IMG/VR virus record: IMGVR_UViG_3300028591_000122
Location: 52,457 to 116,456 of that record
Reading direction: 5' to 3' (one strand)
DNA length: 64,000 nt
DNA from: a virus
Taxonomy: Duplodnaviria > Caudoviricetes
The notes beneath the pieces were generated by a model that did no database searches, was not told where the DNA came from, and saw nothing but the letters and a program-made list of their open reading frames with translations. The translations under genes and the position numbers were made by a program. Below, in pieces: positions 1 through 10,308 of this stretch. The first letter of the stretch is position 1; each line of letters begins with the position of its first letter.

Positions 1-984
1 AATGGTGACTATGGAATTATGACTTGTGAAGGACGTAATTATGACAATTCTGACGGCTGGACAGTAGAAGAAGCACAAGACGCTTGTGTAAAGCACGGCT
101 TTAAATTTGCTTATCTGCTTGATGGTGGTGGTTCAACAGAAAGTATGATGCACCAAAGACATATCAACACTATTTACGAAAGTACAACAGGACGAAAAGT
201 TCCTACGTTTATAGTGTTCAATGGAAGCACTACAATAGAGCCAAAAAAAATAATTATACCACAAGGCAACCTAATGAAATGCATTGATGAAAATGTTACC
301 GTTGGAGTGCTTGGATTGAAATTCAATTATGTTCCCAATCCTGAAGATTTGGAAATTATAGGCAACTGGTCAAATCAAGTTGAAAATATTATTATAGACG
401 GTTCTTATTGGGACACTCAACATACGGTTTATTTGATGTTTTCAAATTTCTTATCTGCCGGAGAATGTTATATTACAATTCGTGATAAGCGTTATGATGT
501 GGTTTCTACTCCTATTCACGTTGTGGTTGATAAGATTGACAAGAGCAATATCATGCAAGTAAATCAAGTTACTGATGTGTATAAAGATGGAGACGCATTT
601 GTTACTTTAAACGATAAACAGCGAGCCATATTATACGCAAATGCTTCTGATATAAGGTCTATATATTTACAGAACACTACAACAGAATCTGGCTATTATG
701 CAATTCCATTGCGAGCAGATGTTAATTCTATTATGTTTATTGGTAGTATTGGAAATGTTAATGTAACACATTCCATGCAACTTTATATATTTGAAGACAA
801 TAAACACAATAGAATTGTCGACCCCGGTTGGACCAATGGAGGAAGTAAGACATATGACTTAACCTCATATAGACAAAGTTATCCCGATACACAATTATAC
901 GTTACCTTCAAAATGAGAAGGACGGATTGGGGAAATATTTCCGATTGGGACGAAGTTAATATGGGAATCACGTTCTATTCATAG
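1..984 (+). CDS. Phosphodiester glycosidase (NAGPA/DUF2233-like) protein with C-terminal beta domains; 5'-truncated by window
   Basis: Frame open from base 1; family motifs EGR...G and AYLLDGGGSTESM. Confidence 0.75.
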   Translation, partial: NGDYGIMTCEGRNYDNSDGWTVEEAQDACVKHGFKFAYLLDGGGSTESMMHQRHINTIYESTTGRKVPTFIVFNGSTTIEPKKIIIPQGNLMKCIDENVTVGVLGLKFNYVPNPEDLEIIGNWSNQVENIIIDGSYWDTQHTVYLMFSNFLSAGECYITIRDKRYDVVSTPIHVVVDKIDKSNIMQVNQVTDVYKDGDAFVTLNDKQRAILYANASDIRSIYLQNTTTESGYYAIPLRADVNSIMFIGSIGNVNVTHSMQLYIFEDNKHNRIVDPGWTNGGSKTYDLTSYRQSYPDTQLYVTFKMRRTDWGNISDWDEVNMGITFYS

Positions 985-996
985 GAGAAAAAGGAT

Positions 997-1167
997 ATGC
1001 AATATTTCATAAAGACTTCTGATGAAGAAGTTGCTAAAGAACTTCGAGAGAGTGGATATCAAGAATTATCCAAAAGCGGTAAGTTCTTTGTATTTATTAA
1101 CGATACATCAAAGGTAAAAACTTTTGATAAAGAGAAAGTAATATACACGAATAATCTTTGTGTATAG
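997..1167 (+). CDS. Small hypothetical protein, 56 aa (MQYFIKTSDEEVAKELRESGY...)
   Basis: Translated by hand; AGGAG/AAGGA RBS; fills the gap before the protease; not in ORF track. Confidence 0.7.
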   Translation: MQYFIKTSDEEVAKELRESGYQELSKSGKFFVFINDTSKVKTFDKEKVIYTNNLCV

Positions 1168-1181
1168 GAAAGGAATTAACA

Positions 1182-2873
1182 ATGCCTAAAACAATTTTGA
1201 CGATGGATGAATTGGTTAAGTTTTGTGTAGAACACAACTTCCAACATTTTTCTTCATCCGAATCGGGATATGAATTAGCCGTTAAAATTCCTGCTACATT
1301 TGAAATTGATGAAACTGATGATTCTAACCAGAGAGGAATGTTAAGACTTAAATATAAGTTATTCCATTTGGGTAGGAACCGTAATGGCAGCAATGTATCA
1401 AGAGAATCTGGCGAAGAGTCTTTACCGACAATCGCAAGCAGACCCGTTCTTGCCGCCATCCATCAGTTAGATAATGGAGAATGGGATTTTCACTCTCACG
1501 ATATGGAAGTTGTGAAGAATGAAAATGGAGAAGAGGAACTTCAATATATCGAAAAGCAAGTAGGTTCGTTTTCGGGATTCCCCGATGAACAACCCTATAT
1601 TGAATACGACGAGGAGACAGGCAAAGATTTCGTGTTTGCGTATGCTTATATTCCAAGAGAATATACTAAAACAGCAGAGATTATTGAACGCAAAGGTGGA
1701 AGTAAGAACTCTGTCGAATTGCATATTGAAGAAATGGCTTATAATGCAAAAGAAAAATATCTTGACCTTAAAAAGTTCTATGTAAGCGGTTCTACACTGT
1801 TAGGTAGCGAACCAGACGGAACCGAAATTGAAGAGGGTATGTTGGGAAGTAGAGCAGATATTGCAGACTTCAAAGCAGAACCTCAGACATTCGAAGCGAA
1901 TGCCGAATTGATTAAAGTGCTTGAGAATCTTAATAATACTCTCTCTCGCTTTAATATAAACGACTCTTTAGGAAAGGAGGAAGGAGAAGTGAAGAAGAAA
2001 GAAATTGAAGGTGCAGTTCAAGAGACTTTTGATTTAAGTGGCTCTAGTGAACCTGAAGGAGACGCAACTGTTGACGGTGGTGAAGCTGATAACGAATCTG
2101 GTGGTGAGCCTAGCGGTGAACCTCAAGGGGCAGAACCCGGTGCTCTTTTATCTGGAGCAAATGAAGGAGATTCTAGCGACGGAGAGGCTCCTCAAATCAT
2201 TGATGATGGTTCGGATGCAGAAGCACTTAAGAAAATCACATATTCCATTACTACCGTTGATGGAGTAAATAGAGAATTTGGTCTCTCCGTTTCTGAAAAG
2301 ATGAATGCCGTATATCATATGATTTCCGCAACTTATGGTGCTGAAGACAATGAATGGTATGACGTAGATTTGTTTGAAGAAGACGGCTATGTTGAGATGT
2401 ACGGTTGGTTCACTGGAAAGAACTACAGACAGAATTGCCATTTTGACAATGACGAGTTTATTCTTGATGGAGAAAGAGTTGAAATCTTCCGTCAGTATGT
2501 AACACAAGAAGAACGCGACGCTCTTGATAGTATGCGTGCTAATTATGCACAAATGGCAGAAGAACTCAAGAACTATAAAGAAGAACCCGACAAGATGGAG
2601 ATTCTTAATTCTGATGACTATTCCAAAATTGAGAATACTAAAGAGTTTGAAGAATTAAAGAAACAGGAATCTCACTTTACTTTATCTATCGAGGAAGTAA
2701 GAGCAAAAGCAGACGAGATTCTTCTCGACTATGCAAAACATGGTCAGTTTAGTGTCCAGACAGAAGAGGCACGTACAGAGACCAAAGCAAACTTTGTTTC
2801 TATTCCCGTTCAAAAGGCAAAACCCAACAGATACGGAAATTTGTTCTCTGGAACAAACAGTATTGAAAAATAG
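1182..2873 (+). CDS. Prohead protease with C-terminal acidic scaffold domain
   Basis: Position before capsid genes; HLGRNRNGS and SVEL motifs; acidic/coiled-coil C-half; start after AGGAAAGGA. Confidence 0.7.
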   Translation: MPKTILTMDELVKFCVEHNFQHFSSSESGYELAVKIPATFEIDETDDSNQRGMLRLKYKLFHLGRNRNGSNVSRESGEESLPTIASRPVLAAIHQLDNGEWDFHSHDMEVVKNENGEEELQYIEKQVGSFSGFPDEQPYIEYDEETGKDFVFAYAYIPREYTKTAEIIERKGGSKNSVELHIEEMAYNAKEKYLDLKKFYVSGSTLLGSEPDGTEIEEGMLGSRADIADFKAEPQTFEANAELIKVLENLNNTLSRFNINDSLGKEEGEVKKKEIEGAVQETFDLSGSSEPEGDATVDGGEADNESGGEPSGEPQGAEPGALLSGANEGDSSDGEAPQIIDDGSDAEALKKITYSITTVDGVNREFGLSVSEKMNAVYHMISATYGAEDNEWYDVDLFEEDGYVEMYGWFTGKNYRQNCHFDNDEFILDGERVEIFRQYVTQEERDALDSMRANYAQMAEELKNYKEEPDKMEILNSDDYSKIENTKEFEELKKQESHFTLSIEEVRAKADEILLDYAKHGQFSVQTEEARTETKANFVSIPVQKAKPNRYGNLFSGTNSIEK

Positions 2874-2892
2874 AGCTTCGATGCTCTTTTTT
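2872..2892 (+). terminator. Weak intrinsic terminator
   Basis: AGAGC-ttcgat-GCTCT followed by T-run. Confidence 0.5.
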
Positions 2893-2924
2893 AATTAAAC
2901 TAAATTTTATAGGAGGAAAAAAAG

Positions 2925-3401
2925 ATGGCAGTAGATTTTACTACTAATCATGCAGATGCCAACGTATCGAAGCTTTTGGCTACGAACTACGGTGGACACA
3001 TCTACAACGTAACTCTCTCTTCAGCCGCAGATAATGGCAATATTGTCAAGAGAGGTAATTACAATAGTTTTGACAACTATGACGAAGCAGCCGCTAACTC
3101 TTTCAACGGTATTGTTAGAGGACAGGCAGCAGATGGTAACTGGTATGTTGAAGTTCTTGCAGACCTCGGTTTCGATGCTCTGCTTGTTTACAATGTACCC
3201 GACAATGGATATGACTCACCTTTATCAATCGCAGGCGAGAAGAGATTCTATCTTGAAGCAGGCGAAGTAGCAAGAGCGCATCAGCTCTATGCTGGTGATA
3301 TCTTTGAGGTATCCAAGGAAGCATTTGGCGGTAACTTAAATAACCTCAATGCTGGCGTAGCAATCACAACAATCACAAATAAGAAACTCGTGATTGCATA
3401 A
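2925..3401 (+). CDS. Putative capsid decoration/cement protein
   Basis: 158 aa, beta-rich, between scaffold and major capsid gene; strong RBS. Confidence 0.55.
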   Translation: MAVDFTTNHADANVSKLLATNYGGHIYNVTLSSAADNGNIVKRGNYNSFDNYDEAAANSFNGIVRGQAADGNWYVEVLADLGFDALLVYNVPDNGYDSPLSIAGEKRFYLEAGEVARAHQLYAGDIFEVSKEAFGGNLNNLNAGVAITTITNKKLVIA

Positions 3402-3425
3402 TAGGGGAAAGGAGGTAAACAGACA

Positions 3426-4511
3426 ATGTTAGACGTAGCAGTTAGAAATCTTTTATTTGATGCCGCTAATGGCATTGAAATTTTCGATGAAGACCTTGGA
3501 CGTGTTATGAACAAATCAGAAGTTGATGAGAAAATCAAAGAACTTTGCTTTGAGTACACAGGTCTTAATGAGAAATCTACAGATAAGCAGATTAAGAGAG
3601 CACTCAAATCAGAGGGCGCTCGTGAATTCTTCGCAGTAATCGAAGAGATTATTGAAGTAAAGGTACAGCAGGGTCTCGAAGGTCTTGATATCTTCAACAA
3701 GTATGTTGATGAAATCAACCTTGCAGACGGTGATGTAAACGAGTTCTGGGTAGAGAAGGAAACATACCTTCAGGTTGAGAAAGTTTCTGGTTCTCATCAT
3801 GACTTAATTCAGCAGAAGCTCGCTCCCGGCGAACCTTTTGTTGTTCCTACAGCATACTATGGTGTTAAAGTTGGACAGGACATTAGACTTTTCCTTACAG
3901 GAAAGAAGTCTTGGGCTGCTTTCATTGATGCCGCAGTAAAGGCATTCGCTAATTTAATTATCGAACTTATTTACTCCAAGTTCGCTAATGCCGCTTCAAC
4001 GCTTCCTCTTCCTTCTGGACTTACAGGTTCAGGTGCGTTAGTTGCCGCTAACAAGGACGACTTTGACCATATCATCGAAGTTGTTGAATCTCTTAACGGT
4101 GGTGTTCCCGTAGTTATTATGGGTACAAAGACTGCTCTTAAGAAGATGAACAACCTTGTTAACAATAGCACAGCAGTTACTTGGATGGCTGCTTCACAGA
4201 AAGAGTCTATCGCTCACACAGGTATTCTTGGTGACTATGAAGGTACAGACCTTCTTGAAATGCCCCAGAGATACAACCTTGGTGACCTTAGTGCTGCAAC
4301 AGGCGGTCTTGTTGATAATACTAAATTATTCATCATGCCCGTTGGTGAAGACAACAAGTTCATCAAATACATTAACGGTGGCGAGACAATTCTCGAAGTT
4401 AATGAGATTGGCGAAACTTTGAATGACCAGCAGACATACGAAATCCAGAGAAAGATTGGTGTAGGTACTACACTTACAAAATACTTTGGTGTATGGACAA
4501 TTACTGCGTAA
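3426..4511 (+). CDS. Major capsid protein
   Basis: 361 aa, synteny after protease and decoration gene, strong RBS. Confidence 0.75.
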   Translation: MLDVAVRNLLFDAANGIEIFDEDLGRVMNKSEVDEKIKELCFEYTGLNEKSTDKQIKRALKSEGAREFFAVIEEIIEVKVQQGLEGLDIFNKYVDEINLADGDVNEFWVEKETYLQVEKVSGSHHDLIQQKLAPGEPFVVPTAYYGVKVGQDIRLFLTGKKSWAAFIDAAVKAFANLIIELIYSKFANAASTLPLPSGLTGSGALVAANKDDFDHIIEVVESLNGGVPVVIMGTKTALKKMNNLVNNSTAVTWMAASQKESIAHTGILGDYEGTDLLEMPQRYNLGDLSAATGGLVDNTKLFIMPVGEDNKFIKYINGGETILEVNEIGETLNDQQTYEIQRKIGVGTTLTKYFGVWTITA

Positions 4512-4534
4512 TTTTTACATAGGAGAAAAAGGAA

Positions 4535-5137
4535 ATGGCAAAATCTAAAAAAGAAGAAGTAATGCTTGATTTTGACGAGACACCCAAGAAGAGTGTTTCT
4601 AAAAAGACAGAAGAGCCTGTCAAGGAAGAAAAGAAGGAAGTAAAGCCTAAAACAATCAAAAACGTTAAGGAATCCAAATTCAATGATAAAGACTTAATTC
4701 CCTGCAAGTCTGTGACAAGTGGGGGATTAAGTTTTATCGGAGCAAGTGGAAATAAAGTTCGCTTTGAAGATTATGGTATGGTTGAATACGTAGAGTACGG
4801 TGATTTAAGAAGAGAAGCACAAAGTGCTAATCCTACAAATTACTTATTCTATCCGAGATTCATCGTACTTGATTCTGACTTTATTGAAGAGTTTCCCAAA
4901 TTGGAAGAGTTTTATAATAAGTTCTACACAGACGAAGGAGACTTTGAAGCCATTCTTGAAATGGACAACGACCAGATGATTGAAGCGATAGAGAAACTTC
5001 CCAAAGGCTGTAAAGAATGTCTCAAGGGAATTGTGTCTACCAAAATAGACGCAGGAGAATTGGACAGCGTACAGAAGATTAAAGTCCTTGATGGAATCTT
5101 TAAAACAAATATGCTTCTTACATTAGCAAATAATTAA
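4535..5137 (+). CDS. Hypothetical head-region protein
   Basis: RBS AGGAG; K/E-rich N-terminus; directly follows the capsid gene. Confidence 0.55.
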   Translation: MAKSKKEEVMLDFDETPKKSVSKKTEEPVKEEKKEVKPKTIKNVKESKFNDKDLIPCKSVTSGGLSFIGASGNKVRFEDYGMVEYVEYGDLRREAQSANPTNYLFYPRFIVLDSDFIEEFPKLEEFYNKFYTDEGDFEAILEMDNDQMIEAIEKLPKGCKECLKGIVSTKIDAGELDSVQKIKVLDGIFKTNMLLTLANN

Positions 5138-5156
5138 AGAAACGGAGGTGTTTAAT

Positions 5157-5627
5157 ATGGCATCTCTGCTTTATGAGAAAATCAACGAGACTCTTTTAAG
5201 AAAAATTACTGATTGTGATATTTTACATATTCCCGAAGAAGACGGTAACAAGCAATTGGCTGGTTACTTACATTCAACCGTATCTAAACCCTATTGTCGC
5301 AGACTCTTTTCGTCTCTTTTATTAGACGACGAATTAGAAGAGGTTACTTATGACCTCAATGTTACAACCGACGAAAGTCAAGATGAGGACTTTGTTACGG
5401 AAATGCTCGCATTAGGTATGTTAATTGAATGGACAGAGCCTATGGTTAATTCCAGACTCAATCAAAAACAATTGATTACGAGTAGTAAAGAATCAAAGTT
5501 TTATTCTCAACAAGCCCATATGGACACGTTGCAAACGATGTACGATGCGGCTGTTAAGAAACAAAGAGACTTAATAAGGGACAGAGGGTACATTTATAAT
5601 CCATTTAATGGAGGTACCAATGGTTAA
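5157..5627 (+). CDS. Putative head-tail adaptor
   Basis: Synteny, size, helical composition; GGAGGTG RBS. Confidence 0.5.
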   Translation: MASLLYEKINETLLRKITDCDILHIPEEDGNKQLAGYLHSTVSKPYCRRLFSSLLLDDELEEVTYDLNVTTDESQDEDFVTEMLALGMLIEWTEPMVNSRLNQKQLITSSKESKFYSQQAHMDTLQTMYDAAVKKQRDLIRDRGYIYNPFNGGTNG

Positions 5628-5952
5628 ATACAAATACGGGAAACTTAAATCACAACAAATTAAAGACATAAAAGAGACTATGAGAAAGCAAATATTCTTT
5701 TTGCTTTTATTGGCTGACCCTGCCACAAAAGGGCAATATCCCGACGTGGATATACAACGCGCATTTGATAATCTTATGTATAAAATCAATGGGTTTAATA
5801 GTCTTCTCTCTTATCCTTGCGAGGTAATGGATGTTCTCATCATACTTCAAGAAGCGAGAGAAGAACTCAATAAGCCCGAATTAGATTTTGAGACATATAG
5901 AAAACTTGTATTAGATGCAGGAGCAAGTGTTCAAAAGATAAAGGAGGTGTGA
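5620..5952 (+). CDS. Hypothetical protein
   Basis: GGAGGT RBS; overlaps both neighbours. Confidence 0.55.
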   Translation: MVKYKYGKLKSQQIKDIKETMRKQIFFLLLLADPATKGQYPDVDIQRAFDNLMYKINGFNSLLSYPCEVMDVLIILQEAREELNKPELDFETYRKLVLDAGASVQKIKEV

Positions 5953-5954
5953 TA

Positions 5955-7169
5955 ATGTCTGCTTTATCGGATTACAAAAAACGAATGGAGAGAGAGGGAT
6001 TGTATAACGGAGAAATCCGCAAGACCTATGCAGACCAAATTGTCGAAGCCACTTGGTTTAACGATTTGGCAACTAGAAAATGCTATCTCTTCGACTTTAA
6101 ACATGACCCTCAACCGTTTCGTTTAAATGACCTTACTCCCGACGAATCACTACAGATACCGGTTTGGTTAAAGTATATAGTATACAGTTCACAAACATAT
6201 GCCAAAGATGCGATTACTTATCATATCCAGTTTAAGCCAAGTCAGGACGGCAAGGACGATATTGTGCCATATTATGAAGAACTCTTCAAGAATAGGTATG
6301 ACGCATCATTCCCTTGCGGTCTTTATGTGCTTATTCCAGATAATCACGGTAAGTATAACAAATGGCTTGTGGTTGATACTGCAAACTATAATGACCCGCA
6401 ATTCTCTACCTATGAGGTATTGAGATGTGACAAGGTATTTCAGTGGATATATCAAAACAAGAAATATCAGATGTGTGGAGTATTACGTAGCCAAAATTCG
6501 TACAATAGCGGTATATGGATAAAATACAACATCGAGAAAGTAGAAGACCAACAGCAGTTCTTGTTACCTCTTACTCGTGATACTGAAAACTTATTCTATA
6601 ATCTGCGAATGATTATAGATAATAAAGTTTTGTCCGAACCTCGTGCTTGGCATATCACAAAAGTAAATAGGTTAGATGCAAATGGTCTTACGAAAGTCAC
6701 TTTGGCACAAGATAGATATGACCAGCATAAAGATTACATTGAGTTAGATGATGACGGAAATGTAATTGGAATGTGGGCAGACTATTACACCGAGGGACAA
6801 GCAGAACCTACAGATTCGTATGAAGAATTACCGTCCTTGCGTTCCGAAATTGTGTATAGCGGATTAAAACCCGAGATTAAAGTCGGAGGTGGCTACAAGA
6901 AATTCCTAACGGAATATTATCGTGATGACGAAAAGATTACGCCGTACGGTTGCGTATGGACATTTGCCATTAAAGATGGGGATACGGTTACTCCGATTGA
7001 TGAGTCGAGCGGCTTAATAGATGTCGTTACTCTCAGTTTGACCGAAATGAAGGTTAAGTTTATGGGTGATGGTTCTTATATTGGCAAGGCATTAGTCATA
7101 ACAAGTACGGCAGAAACGCATTGGACACCAGTGCAGTCGAGTGTTGAATTTGATATTAAAGGACTTTAA
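5955..7169 (+). CDS. Putative head-closure/neck protein with C-terminal Ig-like extension
   Basis: Synteny; beta-rich; WHITKVNR...TKVTLAQD motif. Confidence 0.5.
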   Translation: MSALSDYKKRMEREGLYNGEIRKTYADQIVEATWFNDLATRKCYLFDFKHDPQPFRLNDLTPDESLQIPVWLKYIVYSSQTYAKDAITYHIQFKPSQDGKDDIVPYYEELFKNRYDASFPCGLYVLIPDNHGKYNKWLVVDTANYNDPQFSTYEVLRCDKVFQWIYQNKKYQMCGVLRSQNSYNSGIWIKYNIEKVEDQQQFLLPLTRDTENLFYNLRMIIDNKVLSEPRAWHITKVNRLDANGLTKVTLAQDRYDQHKDYIELDDDGNVIGMWADYYTEGQAEPTDSYEELPSLRSEIVYSGLKPEIKVGGGYKKFLTEYYRDDEKITPYGCVWTFAIKDGDTVTPIDESSGLIDVVTLSLTEMKVKFMGDGSYIGKALVITSTAETHWTPVQSSVEFDIKGL

Positions 7170-7180
7170 GGAGGAGTGTT

Positions 7181-7747
7181 ATGGAATGGACTGATGAAGA
7201 CGAACAGAGACTCCGAGCTTGGAGGGAAAATATTGATAACGAAGACATTCGAATCAAAGAAAAAATAAAAGAGTTGTTGCTTAACAACAAAACTCTAATT
7301 CACGTATTGAATAATGAGGAGTTGGAGAAAGCAGATGCTGAACCCGACGAATATTATTACGTGAACATTTTACCATATTACATTATTTATCCCACTCAAA
7401 CAAACGTACAGAATTATGTATGTTATGAGACGAACTTTGAAAGAGTTTCGAGATACAATAATGTGATGAAATATAATCAAATAGTGTTTACTATCTTGTG
7501 CGAACAAAAAAACATTGTTGAAGAAAGCACCGGATTGGCGAGACACGACTTGATAGCATCCTTGATATTAGACCAATTTAACTGGAGCAATTACTTCGGA
7601 CAACAGATTGTGTGTGTTTCGGATAAAACTTCAGTATCAGATAACTCCTATGCTTGTAGGACTTTAATCTTCCAGAGTGAAACTCCTCTCAATATCATAA
7701 GAACCGATAATATAACTCGCGTCATTAACAACGAGGTGAGAGAATGA
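7181..7747 (+). CDS. Putative tail terminator/completion protein
   Basis: Synteny upstream of tail tube; size. Confidence 0.45.
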   Translation: MEWTDEDEQRLRAWRENIDNEDIRIKEKIKELLLNNKTLIHVLNNEELEKADAEPDEYYYVNILPYYIIYPTQTNVQNYVCYETNFERVSRYNNVMKYNQIVFTILCEQKNIVEESTGLARHDLIASLILDQFNWSNYFGQQIVCVSDKTSVSDNSYACRTLIFQSETPLNIIRTDNITRVINNEVRE

Positions 7748-8475
7748 TTGACGAATTAAAGATGTACTTCAGTGGCTATGAGTATCAAGTTAATGAGGGC
7801 ATCACAATGATTTCGCCTACTATCGGAGATATTATTGAGTTTGGAGAAAACGAATACTTTTCCGCAGTTCATTATATTACTTGTATACCGAGTGATATGA
7901 TTAGCACCCTGTGGGATATGGGTATTGATTGGGAGACATTGGACGATTTTGAACTGTTTATAATGCTTACTCGAAGTTTAACAAAGGACGATTTGAAACT
8001 CATATTCAAAGACTTAAGTCTTGCGGATATGGAAGTGCAAGTTAACCCAGAGAACAACGAGATTTGTCTGCATAACAGCGAAACAAATCAGACAATAGAT
8101 AAGTTAGCCTATTTAAAGATTGTCGAATATCTTCGTAAGATACACGGTCTTGAGCCGAAAATCAAACGAGCCAAAAATAAAGACACGAAAGATGTTCTTA
8201 TTATGGTTGATAGAGACGATAAGAAAAAGGCGGCGAAAGAAGCCCAAAAGCAAGCGAGTCAGTTAATTCCCCTTATATCTGCAATGATGCGATATCCGGG
8301 GTTCAAATATAAGTCTAATGAATTAAAGGAATGCACTCTTTATGAGTTTATGGACACCGTTAAGGGCGCTAGTATTTATATTAGTTCCACATCACTTCTT
8401 CAAGGAAGTTATAGCGGTTTCTGTGACACTAGTAAAATTGACAAAAAGAACTTTGATTGGATGAGACGGTCATAG
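7744..8475 (+). CDS. Hypothetical tail-region protein (possible assembly chaperone)
   Basis: ATGA overlap; synteny. Confidence 0.4.
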   Translation: MIDELKMYFSGYEYQVNEGITMISPTIGDIIEFGENEYFSAVHYITCIPSDMISTLWDMGIDWETLDDFELFIMLTRSLTKDDLKLIFKDLSLADMEVQVNPENNEICLHNSETNQTIDKLAYLKIVEYLRKIHGLEPKIKRAKNKDTKDVLIMVDRDDKKKAAKEAQKQASQLIPLISAMMRYPGFKYKSNELKECTLYEFMDTVKGASIYISSTSLLQGSYSGFCDTSKIDKKNFDWMRRS

Positions 8476-8509
8476 TTCTTTAAAGAAAAACTATAAAGGA
8501 GAAAAACAA

Positions 8510-9301
8510 ATGAAAGTTAATAACTTTGCGATTGATAGAGTTATTCGTGGTATGATGTTCTCTACCGCAGATGGCTCTTATATGTGGTCTATCAACCAGA
8601 TTACAGACCCTTCGTTGAATATTACTTCCGAAACAGCAGAAGCAGTTGATGCTCTTGGCTCAAGAATCGCAGTATTCAACAGAGGTAAGTCCGCAGAATT
8701 TTCTGCACAGAACTCTTTATTTGACCTTGGCTTGTTCGCTGCACAGAACGGTGTAGAAGTTCAGGAAGCAAGCGTAAGCGCTCCCATCAAAACACCTATG
8801 TTTGATGAGATTAAACTCAACTCTACAAGTGTAACATATCCTTTGACAGAGACTCCTCTCGAAGCACCTTCAACAATTTACAAGTTGAATGGTGATGGAA
8901 CACTTGGTACAGCATATACAAAGGACACTACTGCAAGTGCTACTACTTTCGTATATGATACTGCAACTCATGCAATTACACCTCCTACTGGTCTTTCCGC
9001 AGGAGATATCTTATTCGTAATGTATGATTACAACCTTGCTGGTGGTACAGCAGTTCAGGGCGATGCGGTTAACTTCCCTAAGGCTGGTAAGTTCATTATG
9101 GAAGTTCTTGGTGTAGACGTTTGTGACCCCACAACTCTTATCCATGCTTACCTCGTATTCCCTAATGCTAAACTCGACGCTAACGTTGACCTTAGCTTTA
9201 CAACTGATGGTAATCATCCTTTCACAATTCAGTGCCAGCAGTCCTACTGCGATACTGAGAAGATTCTTTATCAGCTCATCATTCCCGAAGTGTCTGATTA
9301 A
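8510..9301 (+). CDS. Major tail tube protein
   Basis: 263 aa, Thr/Ala-rich beta protein; FPNAKL motif; followed by terminator. Confidence 0.65.
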   Translation: MKVNNFAIDRVIRGMMFSTADGSYMWSINQITDPSLNITSETAEAVDALGSRIAVFNRGKSAEFSAQNSLFDLGLFAAQNGVEVQEASVSAPIKTPMFDEIKLNSTSVTYPLTETPLEAPSTIYKLNGDGTLGTAYTKDTTASATTFVYDTATHAITPPTGLSAGDILFVMYDYNLAGGTAVQGDAVNFPKAGKFIMEVLGVDVCDPTTLIHAYLVFPNAKLDANVDLSFTTDGNHPFTIQCQQSYCDTEKILYQLIIPEVSD

Positions 9302-9308
9302 TTTTTAT

Positions 9309-9331
9309 AAGGGGGCTTTAATGCCCCCTTT
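9309..9331 (+). terminator. Intrinsic terminator
   Basis: AAGGGGGC-tttaat-GCCCCCTT hairpin. Confidence 0.6.
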
Positions 9332-9352
9332 ATTGATTGAAAGGAGAAAACA

Positions 9353-9694
9353 ATGCAGAAAAATAATCGTAAATGCTTGGCTTGTGGCGAAGAATATTTC
9401 TTCTGCTTCAAGTGCAGTCATCGTAGCTCTAATCCTCAACCTGCTTGGCGTATTGATTTCTGTGACGAGACTTGCAAAAAAGTATTTGAGACGGTATCTA
9501 GTTATAACTGCGGAAGTCTTACAAAGGAACAGGCTCTTGAAGCAATCGGAACCATTGACTCTGTAAAATTCGCTAAATTAAAAGATTCTCTCAAACAAAA
9601 AATCAAGGAACTCCAGAAAGCAGACAAGCCTGCAAAGTTCTCTGAATCTTTCAAGTCGGAGAAGAACACATCTAAAAAAGATGCCGAGGAATAA
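9353..9694 (+). CDS. Zn-finger-like hypothetical protein
   Basis: CLAC, CFKC, CDETC cysteine clusters. Confidence 0.55.
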   Translation: MQKNNRKCLACGEEYFFCFKCSHRSSNPQPAWRIDFCDETCKKVFETVSSYNCGSLTKEQALEAIGTIDSVKFAKLKDSLKQKIKELQKADKPAKFSESFKSEKNTSKKDAEE

Positions 9695-9702
9695 TTTACT
9701 AT

Positions 9703-9736
9703 AGGGTGTGCGACAAAAGACGTATGCCCTTTTTTT
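9703..9736 (+). terminator. Intrinsic terminator
   Basis: AGGGTGTGCG/CGTATGCCCT stem plus T-run. Confidence 0.65.
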
Positions 9737-9755
9737 ACTTTTGGAGAAAATGGAT

Positions 9756-9989
9756 ATGAATGAAGTAACGTCAGAGTACAGAAACAAGAAGTATCAAACG
9801 ACAGGCGCAGTGCGTATTCTTGACCAACGACAAGCGGCTTTTTATTGGGCAGAGGGAATAGAACCATTAGACATCTATCTAACTAGGGATTTTCAAACCC
9901 ACAAACCTAAAATAGTTTATGTGTTTAGTCGTGAAGATACAAAAGAATTATATGAAAGATGGATTAAATTAAAGGAGGAACAACAATGA
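9756..9989 (+). CDS. Hypothetical protein
   Basis: GGAG RBS; ORF track frame; start uncertain (9750 or 9756). Confidence 0.5.
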   Translation: MNEVTSEYRNKKYQTTGAVRILDQRQAAFYWAEGIEPLDIYLTRDFQTHKPKIVYVFSREDTKELYERWIKLKEEQQ

Positions 9990-10288
9990 CAACAGAGATT
10001 TTCTTAACCGGTCTTTTAGCAGTATCTTTATTCACTACTCTTGGAACTCAAGCAGTTAAAAAGTTGCTTGGAGATTTCAAGAAAAAAATTGGTTCCAATA
10101 TTTTATCCAGTATTGTTTCTATCGTAGCATCAGCATTACTTTGTGTATGCTATGCGATAATTATGAAAGTTAACGTAGATGCAGTTTATGTTACAGAATC
10201 AATTGTATTAACAATATTGGGTTGGCTTGTTGCTATGTGTGGTTATGATAAGGTTAAACAGGCAATAGCACAAATTATTAAGAAGTAA
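9986..10288 (+). CDS. Holin-like membrane protein
   Basis: 100 aa, three hydrophobic segments, basic tail, directly upstream of a lysin. Confidence 0.7.
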   Translation: MTTEIFLTGLLAVSLFTTLGTQAVKKLLGDFKKKIGSNILSSIVSIVASALLCVCYAIIMKVNVDAVYVTESIVLTILGWLVAMCGYDKVKQAIAQIIKK

Positions 10289-10308
10289 TTATTTAGGAGT
10301 AAAAGGAT

